Positions 18,582 through 28,244 are shown, counted from the first letter of the stretch. The stretch: 64,000 nt of DNA from Clostridia bacterium (GCA_017934955.1 JAGBIO010000034.1:2123-66122); one strand, 5' to 3'. Numbers and translations: made by a program. Notes: a model not told the origin generated them from the letters alone.

Positions 18582-21500
18582 ATGAAAAAAGCAGTTATGG
18601 CGATGATTTCATTTGTAGTATTATTCAGCGTAGCGATGGGATATACTTTAACAATCCATGAGGAAAGCAGGGTTGTTACGGAAGAGGTGAGTGAAGGCGA
18701 AACGGTTACGATAGGCTTACCGGATCGTTCGCGAGCTAAATATACGGTAAATCAAGGAAATCCGCTATTAAGGGATTTTGGAAATCGATGTAAATTTATT
18801 ATGCCGGCTGAAAATGTAGAAATTACAATAGAAAAAGTATATGTAATAACTTTTAACAGTAACGGAGGAAATCGGGTAGTTACTAAAAAAATGGTTGCCG
18901 GGGAACCATACGGAACTCTGCCCATACCGAGCAAAAGCGGAAGCACGTTTGCCGGATGGTATAGCGACAGTGGACTTACAACAGAAGTAACAAGTACCGA
19001 TACCGTACCGGCGAGTGACCATACGTTATATGCAAAATGGAATCAAACAGAAGTCTTTACATTTGGGACAAACGGGAACACAACATGGGCAAAGTCCCAA
19101 GGGACAACAGTAAGTATCAGCGGTATAGCTGTAAAATCCGGAACTGCCAAATATCTCTGGAAACAAGGAACCGCAACAGCGGATGAAATCAGTAGTAGCG
19201 GAACAAGTTTTACAAGTGGAGATACAGTTACAAAGTCAGATGGAACAGGAAACAATTGGCGATTAAATGTTTATTGTGAAGACACAAATGAGAATCAATA
19301 TATAGCAGCAAGTGATGTATTTTATTTAGATAATACAGCTCCAACTGTGACATTAGCAAGCAAACAATTCAAAATGTTTCCGGACTTACCATATAGATTG
19401 AGTAACATAACTGAAGAAACGGTAGATGGGGTAAAAACATACACAACAACAAGTACGATACCAATCATTTATTTAGAAACAGGACTAAAGAAAGGAATTA
19501 GCGGAGTTACATTCAGCATTTCTCCGGCACCGAGTGAAGACTTACCGATCAGAATTTATACCAACGAACACACTACTTTGGAAACGTCTATTTTAGGGTC
19601 AGTCCCTGCAGGTAAGTCAAGAGCAACAATAGAAATACCGGAAGGAGACTATACGCAGATTGGCGTAAGGGTCGGATCTGAAGCAGGATTAACTTTTACG
19701 ATGAATCCGCTTGATGTTTTTGCAACGGATAATGATTTGTCGCATCCAACTTATATAAGATTTAATTTAAGCGGAACAGACGCTCATTCCGGAAATATAA
19801 CATATCAAGTAAGCAGCGATAACAAAGCAACTTGGAGTGACGTGAGCGGAACTCAATATACGGCAAAAGAACCTGGAACCTACTACTTTAGAGCCAAAGA
19901 TAAATTAGGAAATATAAGTGAAGCAATAGGTGGTTATACACACACAAGATCCTACAAACTTTACTTCAACAGTAACGGTGGAAGTACTGTAGCAACTCAA
20001 ATAGTAAAAAACGGAGATACTTATGGAACGTTACCAACGCCAACAAAGACAAATTATACATTTGCCGGTTGGTACAAAGAAAGTAGCTTAACCAATCAAG
20101 TAACAAGTAGTACTACAGTAACTGCAACGGGTAACCATACCTTATATGCGAAATGGACGGGAGTAAAATCAAACGTAACGTTAAATAATCAAAGTGCGAC
20201 AACAGCGGGAACAACGAGTGTAACAGCAACGTACGGAAGTGCAATGCCAAGTATAACAAAACCGTCAAAAACCGGTTATACTTTCGGAGGCTACTATACG
20301 GAAACAAACGGAGGAGGAACGCAGTACTACAAAGCAGACGGAAGCAGTGCAAAGAACTGGGATAAGACTGCGGCGACAACGTTATATGCAAAATGGACAG
20401 TCAATACGTATACGGTAACGTTAAATAATCAAAGTGCGACAACGGCGGGAACAACGAGTGTAACAGCAACGTACGGAAGCGCAATGCCAAGTATAACGAA
20501 ACCGGCAAAAACCGGTTATACGTTCGGTGGTTACTATACAGAAACAAACGGAGGAGGAACGCAGTACTATAAGGCAGATGGAAGCAGCGCGAAGAACTGG
20601 GATAAGACTGCAGCAACAACGTTGTATGCAAAATGGACAGCGAATACGTATACGGTAACGTTAAATAATCAAAGTGCGACAACAGCGGGAACAACGAGTG
20701 TAACGGCGACGTACGGAAGTGCAATGCCGAGTATAACGGTACCTACGAAAACCGATTATAGGTTTTTAGGATATTACACCGGAACAAATGGAACTGGTAC
20801 GCAGTATTATACATCAACAGGGACAAGTATAAAAAATTGGGATAAAACAACTGCGACAACACTTTATGCGGCCTGGAAAAGTGTAATTCCAACCTATACG
20901 TATACAGGAACTTCAAGTACCTCCAAAGATGATACATATTGGTATATTTATTTGAAATCCAGTGGTAATTTAACCTTTAGCGAAGCACAGTCAATCGACA
21001 TATTCCTTGTAGGTGGAGGCGGAGGCGGATATAATCAATCTTCTGGAACCGGACGTCGTGGAGGCGGAGGAGGTGGTGGATATACTGCCACACACAAAGG
21101 AATATATGCCGCTAATGGTACTACTTATTCTATAGTAGTTGGAGCCGGTGGTGCAGTGAACTGCAAAGGTGGTACAACATCTGCGTTTGGTAAATCTGTA
21201 AGTGGCGGATATCCTGGAACACACTGTGATAATATTAAAGATGGAGGTGATGGCGGCTCCGGTGGTGGTGCCGGTGCAGATTTTAGAACAAGTTCTAGTT
21301 ATTCCGGTACAGCCGGTGCAAGTAATGGTAACAGTGCAACAAGTGTATCCTATGGTAGTCCTTGGAACGACTATAACTATGGAGGAACAGGTCAGGGATC
21401 TACCACAAGAGCCTTCGGAACAGGTGCACTCTATGCCGGTGGAGGAGGCGGCGGTGGACAAAATCCAAGCTCCGGTGGTGCCGGTGGAGGTGGTGCCGGT

Positions 21501-21641
21501 GCAGGTAATGTCGACGGAATTTCCGCTGTTGCCGGAACTGCCAATACCGGCGGCGGAGGCGGCGGTGGTAGTGGAGATTCTACTTGGGCACGTGGTGCAG
21601 CCGGTGGTTCCGGTGTTGTAATTATCCGCGGTCTTCATTAA
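18582..21641 (+). CDS. Large secreted surface protein with Listeria-Bacteroides (Flg_new-type) repeats and a C-terminal glycine-rich (Gly_rich-like) domain.
   Basis: Signal peptide present. Multiple units read YTFAGWY...TLYAKW. Three identical 80-aa repeats. C-terminal GGGGGGY/GGGGGG tracts. Confidence 0.7.
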   Translation: MKKAVMAMISFVVLFSVAMGYTLTIHEESRVVTEEVSEGETVTIGLPDRSRAKYTVNQGNPLLRDFGNRCKFIMPAENVEITIEKVYVITFNSNGGNRVVTKKMVAGEPYGTLPIPSKSGSTFAGWYSDSGLTTEVTSTDTVPASDHTLYAKWNQTEVFTFGTNGNTTWAKSQGTTVSISGIAVKSGTAKYLWKQGTATADEISSSGTSFTSGDTVTKSDGTGNNWRLNVYCEDTNENQYIAASDVFYLDNTAPTVTLASKQFKMFPDLPYRLSNITEETVDGVKTYTTTSTIPIIYLETGLKKGISGVTFSISPAPSEDLPIRIYTNEHTTLETSILGSVPAGKSRATIEIPEGDYTQIGVRVGSEAGLTFTMNPLDVFATDNDLSHPTYIRFNLSGTDAHSGNITYQVSSDNKATWSDVSGTQYTAKEPGTYYFRAKDKLGNISEAIGGYTHTRSYKLYFNSNGGSTVATQIVKNGDTYGTLPTPTKTNYTFAGWYKESSLTNQVTSSTTVTATGNHTLYAKWTGVKSNVTLNNQSATTAGTTSVTATYGSAMPSITKPSKTGYTFGGYYTETNGGGTQYYKADGSSAKNWDKTAATTLYAKWTVNTYTVTLNNQSATTAGTTSVTATYGSAMPSITKPAKTGYTFGGYYTETNGGGTQYYKADGSSAKNWDKTAATTLYAKWTANTYTVTLNNQSATTAGTTSVTATYGSAMPSITVPTKTDYRFLGYYTGTNGTGTQYYTSTGTSIKNWDKTTATTLYAAWKSVIPTYTYTGTSSTSKDDTYWYIYLKSSGNLTFSEAQSIDIFLVGGGGGGYNQSSGTGRRGGGGGGGYTATHKGIYAANGTTYSIVVGAGGAVNCKGGTTSAFGKSVSGGYPGTHCDNIKDGGDGGSGGGAGADFRTSSSYSGTAGASNGNSATSVSYGSPWNDYNYGGTGQGSTTRAFGTGALYAGGGGGGGQNPSSGGAGGGGAGAGNVDGISAVAGTANTGGGGGGGSGDSTWARGAAGGSGVVIIRGLH
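20161..20880 (+). repeat. Three near-perfect tandem copies of a 240-bp unit inside the surface-protein CDS.
   Basis: taacgttaaataatcaaagtgcgacaac recurs at 20181, 20421 and 20661 with an exact 240-bp period. Confidence 0.9.
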
Positions 21642-21654
21642 GTGTTGCTCTATT

Positions 21655-21778
21655 GAAAGAATAAGTTGATGTTCTATAGATTGTTTAATTTTATTCCGAG
21701 AGAATTAACCGGAAACGGAAAGAAGAACAAGACTTCCGGCGGATTGTTTGGAAATACGAAAGTTAAATAAGAGATGAA
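21655..21778. repeat. Direct repeat, copy 2: an orphan 3' gene fragment (KLMFYRLFNFIPRELTGNGKKNKTSGGLFGNTKVK).
   Basis: It matches 18035..18176. No start codon, and an in-frame TGA lies immediately upstream. Confidence 0.85.
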
Positions 21779-21806
21779 AAAAGGCGACGAAAGTCGTCTT
21801 TTTTTT
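21778..21806 (+). terminator. Rho-independent terminator.
   Basis: AAGGCGACGAAAGTCGTCTTTTTTTT. Confidence 0.6.
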
Positions 21807-21859
21807 GAATAGGCTGACTTTTATGTAAAACTGTGGTAAAATAAAGTTAAAATAGAAAA

Positions 21860-22025
21860 AAGTTACTATTCAGACTCAAATCTATAGAAAAAGTACAAGT
21901 ACTGTAGGGACAGCATTCATGCTGTCCACAGAATAGGCAGAAAAGCAGGACAGCATAAATGCTGTCCCTACAATAAATTGAGAAAAATTTAAGGTCATAT
22001 ATATAGGTAAGTCTGACCTGTAACA
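21860..22025. mobile_element. MITE-like unit: a REP doublet (21903..21972) bracketed by terminal inverted repeats GTTACTATTCAGACT / AGTCTGACCTGTAAC.
   Basis: Both TIRs and both REPs were read directly. The same architecture recurs at 23340..23545 and 32183..32360. Confidence 0.55.
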
Positions 22026-22040
22026 AAAAAGGAGTCGGGT

Positions 22041-23273
22041 ATGAGGGTAATTGTGATTGGCGCAGGTGCGTCGGGGCTTATGGCGGCGGGTGTTGCGGCT
22101 AAGAAAGATGACGTGCTTGTGATTGAGAAGAATGATAGGGCAGGGAGAAAATTAGCGATTACGGGGAAGGGCAGATGCAATATTACAAATGCGGCGGATA
22201 TTGGTGATTTTATCGATATGGTGCCGGGAAATGGGAAGTTTTTGTATTCTGCGTTTTATTCTTTTACGAATGAGGATGTAATTGCGTTTTTTCGAGAATT
22301 AGGGGTTGAAACGAAAGTGGAACGTGGCGGAAGAGTTTTTCCGGTTTCGGATTCGGCGAAAGATGTGGTAAATGCGTTGGTGAAATTTTGCAGGAATACC
22401 GGTGTAAAATTTCGTTATAATAGCAGTGTGAAAAGGATTTTAACGGAAAATAAAGCTGTAAAAGGCGTTATTTTGCAGGATGGGTCAATCTTGGAATGCG
22501 ATAAAGTGATTGTGGCAACCGGGGGAAAGAGTTATCCGGCGACGGGGTCGACAGGCGCTGGCTATCGTTTCGCGGAGGAAGCGGGACATCGAGTTCTTCC
22601 GATAAAACCGTCTTTAGTGGGATTGGCGGCGAAGGAAGGGTATTGTAAGGAGTTGCAAGGGCTTTCTTTAAAAAATGTTGCGTTTACTTTAAAAACGAGT
22701 GTCGGAAAGGAAATTTATTCAGATTTTGGAGAGATGCTTTTTACGCATTTTGGCGTGTCCGGACCGATTGTGTTGAGTGGAAGCCGATGGTTGCATCCGT
22801 TTATGAAAGAGGATAGAAGTGTGACAGGTGTTAAGGCGGAGATTGATTTGAAACCGGCGTTGGAGGAAGAGCAGTTAGATAAGCGATTATTGCGGGATTT
22901 TGAAAAGTATCAAAATAAACAGATAAAAAATGCATTGTTTGATTTGCTTCCGGAAAAGTTGATTCCTGTCGTGATTGCATTGACGAAAATTGAGGAAGAA
23001 AAGAAAGTGAATGAAATTACGAAGGAAGAACGAAAGCGAATGGTTGAAATTTTGAAACATTTTCCATTGACAATTGCGGGACTTCGACCGATTGATGAGG
23101 CGATTATTACGGCGGGTGGCGTTTGTGTGGATGAGATTGATCCGGGAACGATGGAGTCGAAGCTGGTGAAAGGTTTGTATTTTTGCGGAGAAGTTTTGGA
23201 TTTGGATGCCTATACCGGAGGTTTTAATTTGCAGATTGCCTTTTCGACCGGATATTTGGCGGGGCAGAGTTAA
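22041..23273 (+). CDS. HI0933/YhiN-family FAD-dependent flavoprotein (NAD(P)/FAD oxidoreductase).
   Basis: N-terminal Rossmann motif VIVIGAGASGLMAA. 410 aa is typical of the family. AAGGAG RBS present. Confidence 0.75.
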   Translation: MRVIVIGAGASGLMAAGVAAKKDDVLVIEKNDRAGRKLAITGKGRCNITNAADIGDFIDMVPGNGKFLYSAFYSFTNEDVIAFFRELGVETKVERGGRVFPVSDSAKDVVNALVKFCRNTGVKFRYNSSVKRILTENKAVKGVILQDGSILECDKVIVATGGKSYPATGSTGAGYRFAEEAGHRVLPIKPSLVGLAAKEGYCKELQGLSLKNVAFTLKTSVGKEIYSDFGEMLFTHFGVSGPIVLSGSRWLHPFMKEDRSVTGVKAEIDLKPALEEEQLDKRLLRDFEKYQNKQIKNALFDLLPEKLIPVVIALTKIEEEKKVNEITKEERKRMVEILKHFPLTIAGLRPIDEAIITAGGVCVDEIDPGTMESKLVKGLYFCGEVLDLDAYTGGFNLQIAFSTGYLAGQS

Positions 23274-23339
23274 ATTTGAAGAATTTATATTGATTAAAAA
23301 GAAACTCTTTTGGAGAGAATAGTCTCTAAGAGAGTTTCT

Positions 23340-23545
23340 TTTTTGTTATTATTCAGACTCAATAGCCTTTAAGTTTCGAACTGAACTATTAAATTCTACC
23401 GAAATAAAGGCGAAAACGCTGTAGGGACACAATTTATTGTGTCCGCGGAATCGTCAGATAGTCGAAATAGGACACAATAAATTGTGTCCCTACAATGATA
23501 ATACAATCATTGAAGAAAGATATAGTCTGAAAAGTAACCTTTTTT
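23340..23545. mobile_element. MITE-like unit: a type-B REP doublet (23419..23493) within GTTATTATTCAGACT ... AGTCTGAAAAGTAAC inverted ends.
   Basis: Read directly. Confidence 0.5.
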
Positions 23546-23567
23546 AAACATTTCTGCGGAGGCTTTT

Positions 23568-24782
23568 ATGAATAAGAAGATTTTTAAAATTATGACGTTA
23601 CTTACAGCTTTTTTATTATATGTATATGTTTCGATTTACAGTAATGTGCCGAGTAGCATTACTTTGATTGAGGGGAAGGAAATTACGTATCCGTTTTATC
23701 AAATTTTGAATATGGATTTTTCGCCGGAGAGTAGTATTAAGGCGGTGGGAAGCAAGTTGTCGTCTTCGGTGGTGGGGAAGGAAAGTGTGCGTGTTAGTTT
23801 ATTTGGGAAGATTCCTCTAAAAAAGATTGATGTGAATGTGATTTCGAAGTCGGTGGTGTTGGCGGATGGTGAGATTATTGGGATGAAGCTTAAGACGCCG
23901 GGATTGACGGTAGTGACGTTTGAGGAGTTTACCGGAAGAAATTATCAGAAAGTACGACCGTATGAGAATTTGAATATTCAGCGTGGCGATATGATTACTT
24001 CGATTGATGGTGAAGAGATTACAGATGTGGATATGTTTGTGGATCGAATTCAGAAATCTCAGGGAAGAGAATTGATATTGGAGCTTCAGCGGAATAAAGA
24101 GAAGCTTACCGAGCGGATTAAACCGGAGATAGATCGAAATGATGGTAAATATAAATTGGGCATTTGGGTGAAGGATTTAACGAGCGGCGTTGGGACGGTA
24201 ACTTTTATTGAACCAAGTCGGTATATGTTTGCGGCGTTGGGGCATGGAATTAATGATATTGATGAGATGAATTTGCTGGAAATCAAGGGTGGAACGGCTT
24301 ATCGGGCGATGGTTTTGTCGGTTGTGAAGGGGCAGAAAGGTGCGCCGGGCGAGATTCGTGGGGCGATGAAGGAGAACGATATTTTCGGAAATATTGTGAA
24401 AAATACGCGAAATGGTGTGTTTGGGTATTTGGATAACAATGTAGAACTTTCGCTAAATCCGATTGAAGTTGGGTTAAAGGATGAAGTGATGGAAGGAGAA
24501 GCGGAGATTTTGGCGACGGTGTCGGGAAATGATCCGAAGCGTTACAAGGTGATGATTGAGAAGGTGAATCGGAAGGATAGCACCTTAGGACGAAATATGG
24601 TGATTCGGGTGACGGATGAGGAGTTGATCGCGAAAACCGGTGGAATTGTGCAGGGAATGAGCGGCAGCCCGATTATTCAGAATGGTAAATTGATTGGAGC
24701 GGTTACGCATGTCTTGATTAATGAGCCGACGAGGGGATATGGAATTTTTGTGGAGAATATGTTGAATGAGATGGCGGGATAG
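23568..24782 (+). CDS. spoIVB: Stage IV sporulation protein B (SpoIVB), an S55 peptidase with a PDZ domain.
   Basis: PDZ region reads GDMITSIDGEEI. S55 C-terminal region reads GIVQGMSGSPIIQNGKLIGAVTHV. Has an N-terminal signal anchor. GGAGG RBS present. Confidence 0.8.
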   Translation: MNKKIFKIMTLLTAFLLYVYVSIYSNVPSSITLIEGKEITYPFYQILNMDFSPESSIKAVGSKLSSSVVGKESVRVSLFGKIPLKKIDVNVISKSVVLADGEIIGMKLKTPGLTVVTFEEFTGRNYQKVRPYENLNIQRGDMITSIDGEEITDVDMFVDRIQKSQGRELILELQRNKEKLTERIKPEIDRNDGKYKLGIWVKDLTSGVGTVTFIEPSRYMFAALGHGINDIDEMNLLEIKGGTAYRAMVLSVVKGQKGAPGEIRGAMKENDIFGNIVKNTRNGVFGYLDNNVELSLNPIEVGLKDEVMEGEAEILATVSGNDPKRYKVMIEKVNRKDSTLGRNMVIRVTDEELIAKTGGIVQGMSGSPIIQNGKLIGAVTHVLINEPTRGYGIFVENMLNEMAG

Positions 24783-24791
24783 AGTAATGCT

Positions 24792-25922
24792 TTAATAGAG
24801 ATAATCGGAGTAGTTTAAAAATTCCGTTAAGATGGAAAAATAATAATCTTTTGTGGTTTTCTTCTTAATATTTCTCGGGCACAGCAAATTTAATTCTCCT
24901 AAGATTTCATCGTTTAGGAGAAACTGGATTTTTCCGATTTCCTGGTTGACTTCTACAGGGGCGTTGACCTCGTCGGGAAGGTAGGTTTGGATGGTGAGGT
25001 TTTGTTTTTCTTTTTCGGTCAGAGGGAGGATTAAATCCGATTCGTAGATGGGGAGGATGGTTTTTTCGAGTGATTTTTTGACCGGTACGGAGAATTGGGC
25101 GGGGTAGAGTTCGGTGATGTTACAGAGAGAGTAGTTACTAAAGCAGTAATTTAGGAGTTTTGTGGTGTCGGCGATTCTTAATTTGGAGGAGGGTTCGCCG
25201 AAGGTGATGGCGATGAGTTCCATTCCGTTTTGTTTAGCGGATGCGACTAAACATCTTCCGGCGAGTCCTGTATAGCCTGTTTTGACGCCGGTTATTCCGG
25301 GATAGCTGAAAAGCAGGGGGTTGGTGTTTTTTAATTCTTTGGTTTTGCCATTTTTAAAGGTCATGGTGTAGAAGGTTGTAGAGACTAATTTTTGAAAAGT
25401 TTCGTTATGTAAGGCATAATCCGCGATTAGTGCCATGTCGTAGGCGGTGGAGTAGTGGTTGTCGGTATCTAACCCGTGGGGCGTGACGAAATGAGTGGAA
25501 AGAGCCCCTAATTCAACGGCTTTTTGGTTCATGAGATTGGCAAATTCTTCAACACTTCCGGCAGTATGTTCGGCGATGGCTACCGCGGCGTCGTTTCCGG
25601 ATCTTAGCATAAGTCCGTAAAGCAGTTCGGAGAGGGCGATTTCATCATTTTCCTTTAATCCGACATCCGATCCACCGGTCCCTGCAGCTTTTTTACTTAC
25701 TTTTACGACGCTGTTTAAGTCATTGTTTTCAAGCGCGACAATACAAGTCATGATTTTGGTAGTACTTGCGATATAAGCCTTATCAAAGGCTTTTTTTTCA
25801 TATAAAATTCGATGGCTGTTTCGTTCGATGACGATCGCGTGATAGCCGGAGATAGAGGGCGTTGTGTCGGCGAAAGAGACGATAGGAAACAGCAGAAAGA
25901 GAATCCAAATTATTTTTTTCAA
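24792..25922 (-). CDS. dacB: Serine-type D-Ala-D-Ala carboxypeptidase (PBP5 / DacB / DacF family).
   Basis: SxxK (ASTTK), SGN (RSGND) and KTG (VKTGYT) motifs present. Signal peptide present. TTG start at 25922 lies 6 nt from a GAGGTG RBS, preferred over GTG at 25931. Confidence 0.75.
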   Translation of the reverse strand: MKKIIWILFLLFPIVSFADTTPSISGYHAIVIERNSHRILYEKKAFDKAYIASTTKIMTCIVALENNDLNSVVKVSKKAAGTGGSDVGLKENDEIALSELLYGLMLRSGNDAAVAIAEHTAGSVEEFANLMNQKAVELGALSTHFVTPHGLDTDNHYSTAYDMALIADYALHNETFQKLVSTTFYTMTFKNGKTKELKNTNPLLFSYPGITGVKTGYTGLAGRCLVASAKQNGMELIAITFGEPSSKLRIADTTKLLNYCFSNYSLCNITELYPAQFSVPVKKSLEKTILPIYESDLILPLTEKEKQNLTIQTYLPDEVNAPVEVNQEIGKIQFLLNDEILGELNLLCPRNIKKKTTKDYYFSILTEFLNYSDYLY

Positions 25923-26051
25923 TGGTGTCACCTCTTTGTTAGTTTATGCGGGGAGTGAAATTGTAGAAGTGAAAAAGTTATAATCGAGTGCAAAATGAGC
26001 TTTTAAGAATCGAAAATGCACTGTTTTTTTAAAATATTGTGCATTTTTTTT

Positions 26052-26254
26052 TATAATGATGGTACAAACACCGTAGGGATAGCATTTATGCTGTCCATGA
26101 AGTAGGCAGAAAAGCAGGACAGCATAAATGCTGTCCGTACAATAATTGGTACCATTAATTTGTCAAGAAGGCACAAACACTGTAGGGACACAATTTATTG
26201 TGTCCGCGGAATAGGCAGGTGGTAGAATTAGGACACAATGAATTGTGTCCGTAC
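26052..26254. repeat. REP cluster: two type-A plus two type-B REPs arranged as two inverted pairs.
   Basis: Reads ccgtagggatagcatttatgctgtcca...aggacagcataaatgctgtccgtac ... ctgtagggacacaatttattgtgtccgcggaataggcagg...ggacacaatgaattgtgtccgtac. Confidence 0.9.
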
Positions 26255-26341
26255 AAGTCGTATTCTGACGATATTTTTTTGAAAAATACAAAATTTGAAT
26301 CTGACCGGTAACCAAGAGTTTTATGGAATATTGCCAAATCA

Positions 26342-26370
26342 TTGACATTAGGCGAATTTTGTAATATTAT
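26342..26370 (+). promoter_or_regulatory. Sigma-A promoter for aspS (TTGACA, 17-nt spacer, TATTAT).
   Basis: Consensus hexamers with exact 17-nt spacing lie ~30 nt upstream of the aspS RBS (GGAGGG). Confidence 0.55.
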
Positions 26371-26397
26371 GTTGCTATTCGAGTTGGAGGGATTGAT

Positions 26398-28146
26398 ATG
26401 TATAGAACGAATACTTGTGGGGAACTTAGAGTAAGCGATGAAAATAAAACCGTGAAGTTGGCGGGATGGCTGGATACCGTGCGTGATTTGGGGGCTGTGA
26501 TTTTCTTTACGCTTCGGGATTTTTACGGTGTGACGCAGGTTGTGGTTAGTGAGGAAGAAATGAAGGCTTCTTTACGAAAGATTTCGAGAGAGTCTACTAT
26601 TTCGGTTACCGGTAAGGTGGTAAAGAGAAGTGATCCGAATCCGAATCTTCCGACGGGGGAAATTGAGATTATTCCGGAGGAAATAGAAGTGTTAGGAAGA
26701 TGCACCGAACTTCTTCCTTTTGAAATTAATAATTCTTTGGAGTCGAGAGAAGATATTCGGTTAAAATATCGTTTCTTGGATTTGAGAAATCCGGTAAATA
26801 AAGATAAGTTAATTTTGCGTTCGAAGGTAATTCGTTTCTTGAGGAACGCAATGTGTGAAAAGGGATTTTTTGAGATTCAGACGCCGATTTTGACAAGTTC
26901 TTCTCCGGAAGGAGCGCGTGATTATTTGGTACCGAGCCGTGTGCATCCGGGTAAGTTTTATGCGTTACCGCAGGCACCGCAACAGTTTAAGCAGTTATTG
27001 ATGGTATCGGGTATCGATCGTTATTTCCAAATTGCGCCTTGTTTTAGAGATGAGGATGCGAGAGCGGATCGTTCGCCGGGAGAGTTTTATCAATTGGATA
27101 TGGAAATGGCGTTTGCGACGCAGGAAGACGTGTTCGCGGTTATGGAAGATGTTCTTTCCAAGACTTTCCGCGAGTTCTCGAATTTTGAGATTGCGCAGGT
27201 TCCGTTCCCGAGAATTAAGTATGTGGATGCGATGGAGAAATACGGTTCGGATAAGCCGGATTTGAGAAATCCGTTGATTATCCATGATGTAACAAGCATT
27301 TTCGCGAAGACAGAGATTGGTTTCTTTAAAGATAAAGTGATTAAGGCGATTGGATTAAATGATTTCCATCAACCGCGTAGTTTCTTTGATAATTTAAATA
27401 CCTTTATTACACAAAACGAAGGAAAAGGGGTTTCCTGGACAAAGATTGGTGAGGACGGCGAGTTCTCCGGCGGTATTACGAAGTATTTAAGCGATGAAGA
27501 AAAGGCGGCTTTGATTGCTGAGTTTGATTTGAAGGCAAATTCTGCAGTATTGTTTATTGCGGATGAAAAGGGTAAGGCGCAAAAGTTAGCCGGATTATTG
27601 AGAAATGAAGCAGGCAGTAAGTTAGATTTGATTGAAAAAAATGTGTATAAATTCTGTTGGATTGTGGATTTTCCAATGTTTGAATTGGATGAGGAAACGG
27701 GGGAGATTTGTTTCTCGCATAATCCGTTTTCGATGCCGCAGGGCGGAATGGAAGCTTTAAAGACGATGAATCCTTTGGATATTGTGGCTTATCAGTATGA
27801 TATCGTTTGTAACGGAATTGAGTTGTCGTCGGGTGCGGTAAGAAATCATGATTCTGAAATCATGGTGAAGGCGTTTGAAATTGCGGGTTATCCGCCGGAA
27901 GTGGTGGAAACAAAGTTCCCGGCATTATTTAATGCGTTTAAGTATGGTGCTCCTCCGCATGCCGGAATTGCGCCGGGGGTTGACAGAATGGTGATGATGC
28001 TTGCGAATGAGCCGAATATTCGTGAGGTGATTGCATTCCCGATGAATAAAAATGCGCAAGATTTATTGATGGGTGCACCGGGAGAAGTGACGCAAAAGCA
28101 GTTGGATGAGTTGAGAATTTGTGTGAAGAAGGAAGAGAAGAAGTAG
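26398..28146 (+). CDS. aspS: Aspartate--tRNA ligase.
   Basis: N-terminal anticodon-binding OB fold. Class II motif 2 reads FRDEDARADRSPEF. The GAD insertion is present. 582 aa. Confidence 0.9.
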   Translation: MYRTNTCGELRVSDENKTVKLAGWLDTVRDLGAVIFFTLRDFYGVTQVVVSEEEMKASLRKISRESTISVTGKVVKRSDPNPNLPTGEIEIIPEEIEVLGRCTELLPFEINNSLESREDIRLKYRFLDLRNPVNKDKLILRSKVIRFLRNAMCEKGFFEIQTPILTSSSPEGARDYLVPSRVHPGKFYALPQAPQQFKQLLMVSGIDRYFQIAPCFRDEDARADRSPGEFYQLDMEMAFATQEDVFAVMEDVLSKTFREFSNFEIAQVPFPRIKYVDAMEKYGSDKPDLRNPLIIHDVTSIFAKTEIGFFKDKVIKAIGLNDFHQPRSFFDNLNTFITQNEGKGVSWTKIGEDGEFSGGITKYLSDEEKAALIAEFDLKANSAVLFIADEKGKAQKLAGLLRNEAGSKLDLIEKNVYKFCWIVDFPMFELDEETGEICFSHNPFSMPQGGMEALKTMNPLDIVAYQYDIVCNGIELSSGAVRNHDSEIMVKAFEIAGYPPEVVETKFPALFNAFKYGAPPHAGIAPGVDRMVMMLANEPNIREVIAFPMNKNAQDLLMGAPGEVTQKQLDELRICVKKEEKK

Positions 28147-28151
28147 AGTGT

Positions 28152-28192
28152 AAGGACAGCTGAGTGAAGGACTTGGCTGTCTTTTTATTTTG
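28152..28192 (+). terminator. Rho-independent terminator after aspS.
   Basis: GACAGCTGAGTGAAGGACTTGGCTGTC stem followed by TTTTTATTTT. Confidence 0.6.
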
Positions 28193-28244
28193 AATTCATA
28201 CTTTTTGTTTTCTTTGAATATCCATGAAACAGGAGTGTGAGATT

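Noticed and set aside
20113-21638. Minus-strand ORFs (92, 107 and 215 aa) and a plus-strand 139-aa ORF inside the surface-protein gene.
   Set aside because: They are artefacts of the repetitive and GGN-rich coding sequence in alternative frames. They are antisense to or nested within a strongly supported CDS.
26280-26397. Possible T-box leader upstream of aspS.
   Set aside because: Only about 120 nt separate the last REP from the start. No specifier-loop, T-box or terminator-antiterminator sequence is recognisable. A plain sigma-A promoter fits better.
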